A stretch of DNA of 63,953 bases, filler included, from Stramenopiles sp. TOSAG23-6 (lineage: Eukaryota), in assembly GCA_900128565.1 (NCBI GenBank). It is 9 parts of 9 records of this genome, joined end to end, with 100 filler letters (N's around TTAATTAATTAA, not from the genome) between each part and the next. Parts side by side here need not be neighbours in the genome. Positions count along the whole stretch, not along the records: positions 44,059 to 52,757 come from LT636422.1; positions 52,858 to 61,555 come from LT636423.1; 7 more parts are not named here. One strand, written 5' to 3'. This document shows positions 47,706-58,214 of this stretch, one piece after another; within the stretch, counting starts at the first letter, position 1, and each line of letters begins with the position of its first letter. A program made the translations under genes and the position numbers. The notes under the pieces are model-generated. The model searched no databases. It had not been told where the DNA came from and saw only the letters and a list, made by a program, of their open reading frames with translations.

Positions 47706-50700
47706 TCATACTTTCATACTACTTGGTAAGAACATTCCAATATATTCTTGATTATATTCATCTTCAAAATTTTCTTGTTTATGACTTTGACCCTTCAAAA
47801 GTCCAAAATTAGCAGTTGCTCTGGTTAGTGCCCATTTATTAACATTTTCAGTAACATGCTTAGCTAATCCATTTTGGTCTTCAACAACATCAGAGTTGGT
47901 TATCGGATCGACATTTTGTAATCTTCGAGATTCGCCACACGATTTGGCAACAACAGCAATGTATTTTGGAAAAATATTTCAAAAAAAAACTAAAATTTTT
48001 TTGTTAGGTACAAAATTTTTATAAAAAAAAAAATCGATTTTTTTGTTTAAAAAAAAATAAAACATACATGTTACCAAACACTCTTCTATGTTGCTTTTTA
48101 TTAATTTCTTTCTTTAAAAAAGCATTTATATCCTGCATTGTACAGTAAATATTTGGAGTTTGGTTTATGTAGATTTGTTAATGAAACAATTTGTTTGTAT
48201 AGCTACTAATTACTCACTCACTTACTAGAGATATAAGAATCTTGGACTCGGAGTAGATTAAAAAATTCAAAAAAAAAACTTGAAATTAAAATTAAAATTA
48301 AAATTAAAATCAAAATTAACAACGTGATCCAAACATACATTTAGTGCCTCTGCTGCTTTACTTTCCCTGATATATAAATATTTACAATTTTTAGAAAACT
48401 TTTTTGCAAATTGATGTGTGATTTTAATCATTGCTGCTTCATTATTACTAAATAAATGTTTGTGTCGCTTCAATTTTTCAATAATAAATTTTATATCTTT
48501 TCGAAATCGTTCGAGTTCCTGACTTTCTTGTTGATTGGCTTTTTGTAGTCGTTGGCGTTGTACATTTTGATGATCTTCATCATCGTCATCATTAGAAGAA
48601 GAATCAAATTCTTGTTTAAACTCATCTAAAATNACTTTTCCGATTGCTTTATCTCGATTTCTTAAATGTCGTTTGGCAATTTCTAATTTACGATCAATTT
48701 TTTTAGCTCTCACCTCTGTACTCATGGACCAAAAGACTGTCCTTCTATGTTTCTTATGCCCTAACCCTAATGTCTTTTCCACTCTATTTGTATCACTACT
48801 TTCTAAAATATCATCTCCAATCCGANCACACCATTTTCTATTTTTCATTGCTGCATCTTCTGCATCTATTTTAGCTTGTAAAGCAGCTAATCNTGTCTTT
48901 TCTTGATCATTCCATCCTGAAAGTGTTTCTGCAATGGCTGCTGTATCATCGTCCATCAATGTTGAAATAGANCCTAAAGGTATTTAGTGTACAACAAATA
49001 TTCATTTTAATTTTTGTTAGGTATGAAATTTCATAGAAAAAACAATTTCAAAAATATGATCAAAAATTCATATTGAATCAAAACATACACNACTTTTGTA
49101 TTTTTGTTTTTTTTGTTTTTTTTGTTTTTTTTATTCACTTTTTTTAGTTTTTTTAGCTTATTCTTTTTACTCCCTGGCACCCATTCATCATCATCAATAC
49201 TTTGAGAACTTTCTTCATCACCTGTATTAGACTTACCAGCAGCATCGGTAAAAAATAATACATAATATTCATACACAGATTTAGATGTTGCCAACCATAA
49301 CAAAATGGATAAGGGCAAAATTGTTGAAAGAAGTGTCACATGTACTATTTCACAATAGGTAAAATTTTTGTTTTCGTTAGGTACGAAATTTTCATATTAA
49401 AATAAAGATTAACAATTAGGGTTAGGGTCACAAAATAATTTTAAATATTAGAAAAAAAACAGTTTGAATCAAAATTCAAAAAAATTAAAAAATTCATGAT
49501 ACCCAAAAATATTAGGGTTTAGGGTTGATACAAATCTCAAAGATATCAATCGTAAAACGTACAGCAGGCCATGAAATATTTGGATTATTTTCTGAACTGA
49601 CAAAAATTGATAAAATGCAAGTTAATAGTAAAATACTACGAATAATAAACGAGGTCTGATTCATACTAAAGTCTCGATATTTTGGTCGAAAAAACTGAGC
49701 AACAATCAATATTATGGAGAAAAAACAACACACAATCGAAAATATTGGAACTAATTCTGATTGCGCCAATGCAGCTCTTGCCACTGACATGAAACAGATA
49801 CACACTGCTGTGATAGTATTTGTCTGTAAAACAAATTTAGGGTTCGGATTCGGAGCACATGGACCAAGTTCAACTGGATGTTGATGAATACGTGCTTTCC
49901 AACGGCCAAGGAAATGTTGACGAAGGCGATCTTGCACATTCATTTTAGATGCACCGCGTAGTAGATATGAAGTATGTCCATCGACAGCATACAACCGCAC
50001 AGCATATGCCATATACGGTATTATTAAACACGATGTAATAAAGACGCGTAGCATGTGTAAACCTGTAAAACATGTCACTTCAGGAACGGGAAGCCATCGT
50101 AATACTGTAAGAATTGAACCATAATATGGATCACCTACTCGGCATACACTAGATATAAATACTGTAGGAATATCAACGACACAGTCTAATTTACGATACG
50201 ATGATACACGAGTCTTTACGACTTTCAGCTGAATGACACCATCACCAAGGACAGGCCGTTCAGCATATTCTGAAGTAGTAACACTTTTAACTCCAAATTT
50301 TGTTCGTTGTAGTATTTGATCGCATCGGGGTTCATAATATACATTGTTTGATTTTGTATCTTCACACTCTGCACGACTACTTACAGGAAGTTCTTCTTCC
50401 TGGTATTTACAATATTTTCCATTAGTACTACCAACATCTTCACATGCTNCTTTACGACCGTTTCCATTAGGCAACGTCTTGAGACTTGGGCATAACACTG
50501 CAGAGTTACNATTTTCGTGTTTTTGAATACAATCTTCAAACACTAGATAATTATAATTTTGCATNGATATGTCTTTTTCTATGTATGTGCACAAGCCAGC
50601 AGTAATACANAAACTACGATTTTGTGCAACTGTGTTTTCATCTTTAAATTTTGTTTTTGCTTCTTTGCAAATATCATAGCAAGCTTCTGCTTTACAGTCA

Positions 50701-51818
50701 TCATCTCTTTGAATAATAGGGTTTCGTCTAGTNCATCCGACCCAACTAGAGTCAGGTCGTCGACAAATATCATCAGCGAAATTCCAACTGTTCCCAGTTG
50801 CTTTGATTTCACATGAATCCTTTGATAAAGCAGCGCGACCNTTGGTTGCNTCAGGCCATGGAATCACATCTTTNCCACTTGAATCTACACATCTTTGCGC
50901 AGTGTATCTATTTCGTAATTTATCAGCACTCCACCGAACGCATTCATTTTCATCTGATGCATCATGTATAGGATGATTTCCATCTGCCCATATATTACCC
51001 AATCCTCCTGTATTAATTAATTCACCATAATCCACTTCACAACTTTCCTTATCAAATGCTTCGGCTCTGGAATGTGGACCCCAACACGAATCTATATCTC
51101 TGCAATGCGATTGAGTCCAAAACATATCTTGATTTTGAAATAATGAAGAATCAGATCCACCGAGTGATACAGACCACGGTATGCCACCATTTTCTTTACA
51201 TACAGTTTCAGGGGAGTCTAATGGAAACCATGTTGCAGTATCCACTTTTATAGATTGACAGGTAAATTGATCAAATAATGTCCGAAGTGATGGTAAAAAT
51301 AAAATGGTAGACATACACCACAAAAAGATACGACCTAAAAATTCTAAACGTTGAGCACTTTGTAATGTTCTTTGGAAAAATATTTCAAAAAAAAANTCTA
51401 AAAAATTNGTNAGNTACAAANTNTTTTGAAAAAAAAAATTGGAATTTGAAAAAAAATAAAACATACATGCAACTTGAGCAAATATTAAATCTGTCTTTTT
51501 TACATTTTTTTTCTTTTTTTTTGTCAGTTTTTCCCAGTGCTTTTGACTCTTTACAAATTTTGATGCTTTTTTAAATATTTTTTTTGTATTTTTTATTCTT
51601 TTTGTACTTTTTTTATTTTCTGTATTTTTTTTATTTTCTGTATTTTCTGTATTAGTACAACTGATATCCTCTGTTTCATTATTATTATTGTTTCTATTTG
51701 TAGTACATTTCGTTGTAGGTGAAATATAATCAATGATATTTGTCTTATATTTTAATAAAATAACAAGTAAAGATTCAACATTATTATTATTATTAGTAGT
51801 AGTAGTAGTATCATTATC

Positions 51819-51853
<35 letters not shown>

Positions 51854-52692
51854 TAGGCTTAGGGTGATTTTTTAAGAGTTCATCATATAAAACATGCATA
51901 CGACCACGATAGTTTTGAATCATTTGTTCTACTTCTAAAGAATGAGGTTCATCATTCATCTCTATATAAAATACTTTGACAGCCTCAACACATTGTGTAT
52001 AATATTCTTCAGTNGCTTCATTCACTTCTTTTTCAGAATAATCTAAATTTTGAATAGTATCAATATTTTCTATATTTTCATTAATAATTTTTAAATCATC
52101 ATTTTGTGAACTCAAAGATGTTTCTGGGCGATTTCGTGTACTCACTGAACTGATTGGTCGGGATGAAAATGGACGAGATCTAACGCTGTAATTGTCGTCA
52201 TCTACATATGTATACCCAGAAACAGGTCTGTGCGACTGTAATAAATCTAAAAGTTTCGCATCGCGGTCATCAGCAGTGAAAGATACATTTTTGTCTTGTA
52301 ATAAAAAGTCATATAATTCGTGCATTCGACCGACATATTGATCAACTATTTCGTGTGATTGATCAGCATGTGTCGTATCATCGTGCTTGAGATAAAAATC
52401 TCTAACTAATTCTTCACATTCATCATAAAAAGCAGCTTTTGCATGTATTTTGTAAAAATATTTCAAAAAAAAATCTAAAAAAATTTGTTAGGTACAAAAT
52501 TTCGTACGAAAAAAAAACTTCGATTTTTTTGTTAAAAAAAAAATAAAACATATGTAGTTGCTTAAAGTTCATCTTTCGATCATTGACACAATCTCGGGCA
52601 ATTGTTGCAAATAACAAACCTAAAGCAATAATAAACGGAATAACCATCAAACTACGAATTTGTTCAAACAAAACAGTCATTTGTTGTTTTGT
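47706..52692 (-). CDS. Large multi-pass membrane protein with a Cys-rich loop, 5' partial, several family introns
   Basis: 984-aa ORF with TM segments (STILFLPSLRTLFDQFTC, CFTGLHMLRVFI) plus flanking exons. Internal exon boundaries between 48100 and 49560 are uncertain. Confidence 0.6.
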
Positions 52693-52879
52693 ATGTATTG
52701 TAGAAAAATATTTCAAAAAAAAAAAACTTAAATTTGTTAGGTACAAAATTTCGTACGNNNNNNNNNNNNNNNNNNNNNNNNNNNNNNNNNNNNNNNNNNN
52801 NTTAATTAATTAANNNNNNNNNNNNNNNNNNNNNNNNNNNNNNNNNNNNNNNNNNNNCGCAATAGATGTAATGAGTGCG

Positions 52880-53120
52880 GAGAAGAATTAACAGAAACAA
52901 AAGAAGAATTAACAGAAACAAAAGAAACAAAAGAAACAAAAGAAGAATTAACAGAAACAAAAGAAGAATTAAAAGCAATAAAAGAAACAAAAGAAATAAA
53001 AGAAATAAATGAAACAAAAGCAATAAAAGCAATAAAAGCAATAAAAGAAATAAAAGCAATAAAAGCAATAAAAGAAACAAAAGCAATAAAAGAAACAAAA
53101 GAAATAAAAGAAATAAAAGA
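52880..53120 (+). repeat. 9-bp-unit minisatellite (AAAGAAACA/AAAGCAATA), probably encoding the ETK/AIK-rich end of a + strand gene that stops at about 53217
   Basis: Open frame EELTETKETK..AIKAIK..EKPAVSS..EEIE*. Confidence 0.7.
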
Positions 53121-53580
53121 AAAACCTGCTGTCTCTTCGATCAATCATTCTACCTTCAGTGATGATGGTACGTTAATGGTTAATGATTTTTCTTCCCCTA
53201 ATGAAGAAATTGAGTAAGTAATTGCTTTCTTAATGATATACAATTGTAATAATAGTAAAATATACTGAAATTGTGATTTTCTATTGTATTAATTTTGAAG
53301 TCTAAATTTATAGAATTAATCAAAAAAAGGAATTTTTGAATTATTTATTTTTCGAGTTTTCGTTTGTTTTGAATGACTGACTGGCCGCGGCAAGGAGCTT
53401 TCACGACGTGGATATCTACGAGTTGCTAAAACACATTATTATAAAAGTTTGTAAAACAACCACGAAAAGAGAAGCTATAATATTATTACAATAAAGCAAC
53501 ACTAGCATTCGATTATTTTTCCAAGGCCGATATACCATACCAAAAGTTTTTTGTATACAGCAGACAGAGTTGGATTAACG

Positions 53581-56437
53581 ATGTTGCAACAGCGCAGTGC
53601 ATCAGCTTTCGTAAAGAAACGTTCTCTCCACCGTGCTTTATTTTCAACCTCGCCGAATAAGTTGAAGAACCCCCCCACAAACTTCCCTTCAGAGGCTGAC
53701 GTAGTTGTTATAGGTGGTGGATCGCTCGGGAGTTCCACTCTTTATCATTTGGCAAAGCAAGGTGTTAATGCAGTATTGTTGGAAAAAGATTCAATCACTG
53801 CTGGAACGACTTGGCACAGTGCTGGTTTAGTTTGGCGTTTACGTCCTAATGACACCGAAATAGAATTATTAAATTATACACGCCATATGGCACGCGATGT
53901 ACTTGAAGAGGAAACTGGTCAAAGTCCTGGTTGGATTGAAAATGGTGGCTTGTTTATAGCAAACAATAAAGCTCGTTTTGATGAGTACAAGCGAATGCAT
54001 TCTTTAGGAAATTCTATGGGCGTTGAATCTCACTTGCTTGATGCAGCACAGACAAAAGAAATATACCCTTTAATGAATGTTGAGGATATATATGGAACTT
54101 TGTATTCACCCGGTGATGGTACTGTTGATCCTTCTGGAATCACTGCTGCTTATTGTAAAGGCGCAAAACAGACTGGCAATGCTAGAGTTTTTGAAAATTG
54201 TAAAGTTACAGGAATAAATACGAGTGGCACTGGTAAACAGCGACATGTAGTTGGTGTAGAGACTCCTTGGGGAATGATTAAAACATCACGAATTGTTAAT
54301 TGTGCAGGTGTTTGGGCTCCTCAATTAGGAAAAATGTGTGATGTCAGTGTTCCTCTAGTTGCAATGAAGCATGCATATGTTGTTACTGAACCTATACCAG
54401 GTATACAAGGTTTGCCAAATATCCGAGACCATGACTTGAGTGTATACTTTTGGAATACAGATCCAAATTTTGCCTTTGGTTTATTTGACTTAGATTGGGA
54501 TGTTTTTATGTCACATGTAGAAAATCATATACATAGAGTACCATCGGTGGAAGCAGCTGGTATTAGTAATACTGTATCTGGTCCTGAATCGTTTACTGCT
54601 GATCATAAACCATTAATGGGCGAGGTGCCAGAATTAATTGGATTTTATTTAGGTTGTGGTTTCAATGTAGGTTTTCAAAATTGGATTTAATTTTTTTTCG
54701 TACCAAATTTTTTTCCTAACAAAAAAATTGAATTTAAAATATTTTTTCACGACACATTCTTCAGGAATGATGCTTGGTGGTGGTTGTGGCAGAGAGCTTG
54801 CAACATGGGTTACACAAGGATTTCCAAATCTAGATATGTTTTCATATGACATCAATCGCTTTCATCCAAGTTGTAATAAAGATCAAAAGTGGATAATTGA
54901 CCGAAGTCACGAGTCGTATGCAAAGAATTATGCAATAGTATTTCCACACGATCAACCATTGGCAGGTAGAGGAAAAAGGAAAGATCAATTATTTCGTGTA
55001 ATGAAAGAAGCTGGTTGTGTTTTCCAAGAAAGATTGGGATTTGAACGACCAGGGTACTTTCATCCTGGTGGCTCTGACGTCACAAAGTTAGTCAAATATG
55101 ATTATTATGGTGCTTATTCATCTTTATTAGGTGATAGTAGTTCATCTGATGATAGTTCTGTGGATAGCTCTGTTGATACAATTTGTGTACCTGGTACTCA
55201 ATCATACACTGAGAATTTCCCTGTTTTGCCAAAGTGTGAATCAAATCCATTTGCTGAAAGACTCCAAGAAGATTATTCGTTTCAATGGCCTGTAAATGCA
55301 GCTGAAGGCACTGATGCAAGTATACATTCATTGATAAAGAAAGAAGTCGCTGCATGTAGAGAAAGTGTAGTTTTATTTAATCAATCATATTTTGGTAAGT
55401 TCTTTTTAACTGGACCGGATGCTTTAAAAGCAATGCAATGGTTGTGCACAAATGACATTGATAAACCAACAGGTAGTACCATATATACAAATATGTTGAA
55501 TGATAATGGTAAAGTAATGTGTGATTTAACTGTATCGAGATTAATGCCAAATTCAGAGGGTTACGATAAATTTTATATTGCAGCAGGAGGAGGCTCTGCT
55601 CAACATGATATATCGTGGATACGATCGGTTATACGCAATGAATCATTTGATGTCAAAATAAGTGACGATACTGATAAATATGGATTAATTAGTGTCCAGG
55701 GGCCAAAGAGTAGATCTTTATTACAACGTTTATGTCCTGACGATGAGTTATCATCTGAAAAATTTCCATTCTCAACTCATAGAATAATAACATGTGCTGG
55801 TCATACTGTTCGCGCAATACGTTTGACATTTGTGGGTGAATTGGGGTTTGAACTGCATATACCAAATAATGCAATTGTTGATGTATATAAGGCTTTACAT
55901 GAAGAAGGGGAACGATTTAATGTAATAAATTCTGGTTATCGCGCAATAGATGTAATGAGTGCGGAGAAGAATTATAAACATTGGCATGAAGATTTGCGAC
56001 CGGATGATTCACCACTTGAAGCAGGTTTAGGATTTATATGCAAATTAAAAACTGATATAGATTTTTTGGGTAAGCGCGCACTTCTCAAGCAAAAAGAGAT
56101 TGGTTTACAACGTAAATTAGTATCTTTTACTATTGATGAAAATATTGCATTATTTGGACTAGAAGGTATTTACAGAGATGGCGAACCTGTGGGATTTCTT
56201 CGTCGTGCAGCTCCTGCCTTTTCCATTAATAAAACAATTGGTTTTGGTTATATATCGAAACCGAATACTCATGGTAGTAATGATAATAAAGATGAAAAAA
56301 AAATAACTTTGAAATGGATTAAAGCAGGAAATTATGAGTTGGATGTTATGGGAAAACGTGTTCCTGCTACAGTACATACTAAAGCTGTATTTGATCCTAA
56401 AGGATTGAGAGTTAAAGGTGAATATGAAAGTTCATAG
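53581..56437 (+). CDS. SARDH: Sarcosine dehydrogenase (mitochondrial); intron 54667-54757
   Basis: [61 protein letters not shown], GcvT-like C-terminal half ([13 protein letters not shown]). Confidence 0.92.
54667..54757 (+). mobile_element. Introner-like GT-AT intron
   Basis: AAT|GTAGGT...CCTAAC...CACGACACAT|TCT restores GFN-SSGMM. The nearby CAG would give GAA TGA (stop). Confidence 0.88.
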
Positions 56438-56689
56438 TAGAGGCTAAAGCTGTATTTGATCCTAAAGGATTGAGACTTAAAGGTGAATAAGATACACAAA
56501 CAAACAATCATTTTTGTAATTTCTCATGATCTCTCATGATCTAACTTATAAAATTTCTCTTTAATAATTCAGTTTTATTTATTTCATTATTAGAGTAGTG
56601 ATTTGATTTCGTCTCCTTCGTAGTTACAACTAATTACTAAAGACTATTGAATACGTAAAGAAATGTTTTATATATAGTAATAATAAAGT

Positions 56690-57661
56690 TCACTCTTTTA
56701 AAATACATGATTGTGCTTTAAGTTTTTGCTTCAATACTTCCAATTGATTTGCCATCTCACGAACTTGTTCTCTAAGTTTTTGGTTTTCGCGCTCTAATTT
56801 AGAAAAGTTTAATTTCTTTTTATCATTTAAATGTATTTCATCTGACAATGCTTCCGTTAAAGTGTCTCTGTCATTTTTATCGTTCTCATTAACAGTAATA
56901 GAATAGTCTATCATAGCTTCCCCAATATCACCCACTGGTTCCATTGTTCCCATTGTTCCTGTTACATCAAGTGGTTGACCATCGAACTCAGTGGCAGAAA
57001 AATTATCATGATTAGCAATAATGAATTGAGACGTATTTCTAGGTGCGGATGGACGGAAATCTTTCACGTTTATACCACGAAGAATTCTACCATTATTATC
57101 TTTTGGTAATGTATTTTTATGCTCTCTGAGTTCTAGAGCTTTGGCTCTTAAGTCATCATTCTGTTCAAGTTCCTTTTTCTCCTGCCAAGTCATCTTTGAA
57201 TAAGGTTTCCACTGCCTCTTTTGTTTTTTACGTCTTCTTGAAAATGTTTCTTCGTTACTTGCGGCAGAATTTTTACGACGCTGCTTCGGCGAATTTTTAC
57301 GCCTATGTTTATTACTACGCGGACTTGTCGTATTGCCACTGTTTTTACTATTCTTCGAACGAGTGTGTGGGGTATTTTTACTTCTTGCTTTGGGGGAACC
57401 TCTTTTTCTTTTGCGAGGAGACTTTCTAGATTCTGTTTTAGTTGTTTCATTATCCGACGCAGTACAACCGGCATCATTATCATTTTTTAAAAGAGAAGTA
57501 TCGGAATGAATACTTGACTTTTTGATTCGGCAACGTCGCCGGCGGCTGAAAGTCCGTTTTGACTGCTTGTTATTGGCAGTCTTCTTCGAACGCTTATCAT
57601 TATTATTATCAGTTTTCGCTATTTCTACAGGTATTGATGTACTTTCGCTACTGACTTCCAT
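56690..57661 (-). CDS. HEXIM-like protein (P-TEFb inhibitor family)
   Basis: Basic tract, then KRQWKPYSKMTWQEKKE, then PSAPRNTSQFII, then a C-terminal coiled coil; this follows the order of HEXIM motifs (WKPY..TW.EK, APYNTTQF). Confidence 0.75.
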   Translation of the reverse strand: MEVSSESTSIPVEIAKTDNNNDKRSKKTANNKQSKRTFSRRRRCRIKKSSIHSDTSLLKNDNDAGCTASDNETTKTESRKSPRKRKRGSPKARSKNTPHTRSKNSKNSGNTTSPRSNKHRRKNSPKQRRKNSAASNEETFSRRRKKQKRQWKPYSKMTWQEKKELEQNDDLRAKALELREHKNTLPKDNNGRILRGINVKDFRPSAPRNTSQFIIANHDNFSATEFDGQPLDVTGTMGTMEPVGDIGEAMIDYSITVNENDKNDRDTLTEALSDEIHLNDKKKLNFSKLERENQKLREQVREMANQLEVLKQKLKAQSCILKE

Positions 57662-58214
57662 CGTACACGCCAAGCACCTTTGTCACAGTATGTTATCTGT
57701 GATAAATTTCGAGAAGTAATCGAATTTCAGTATGAGCAATGCAGGTGTGTAGTAATTCAATATATTTTCTTCCAAAAAACTGTGTTTTCTGTTCTTGTTT
57801 TCGAGAGAGAGAAGAGAACGTTCTGTTTTTTTCAGCAACGTAAAATTTTCTGATATTATGAACAAACCTGTTTTTTCATCCTCAAAATCCAGCGCCGCGT
57901 GTAAGAAGATACATCCATTCCATGTTGCTCTGCAGACTGCAAGTGCAATCCTCTCTGCGCAGGCTGCTGCGTAGAATCTTCTTGGTCAGCGTGAGTTGTA
58001 GACGGAGTCGTTAATTAAGTTACGCTACTCGCTATTCTTTTTGTATAGTAGTGTATTGCGAATTGCATTGAAGAGATTTGTGTTTTTGTTGATTTACGTG
58101 TATTTTACGAAAGTTTACGGTGGGGAAGGTTTCTTACGTTGCAGTTTCAACATTACAGTTTCCCTCGAAGAATACGTTGGCTTGTGTATATTTTAACTTA
58201 TTTTTTTTTATAGA

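Noticed and set aside
52858-52890. 33 bp identical to SARDH (about 55942-55974) at a contig start
   Set aside because: Joined through the shared GAAGAATTA at a contig edge; most likely a mis-extension.
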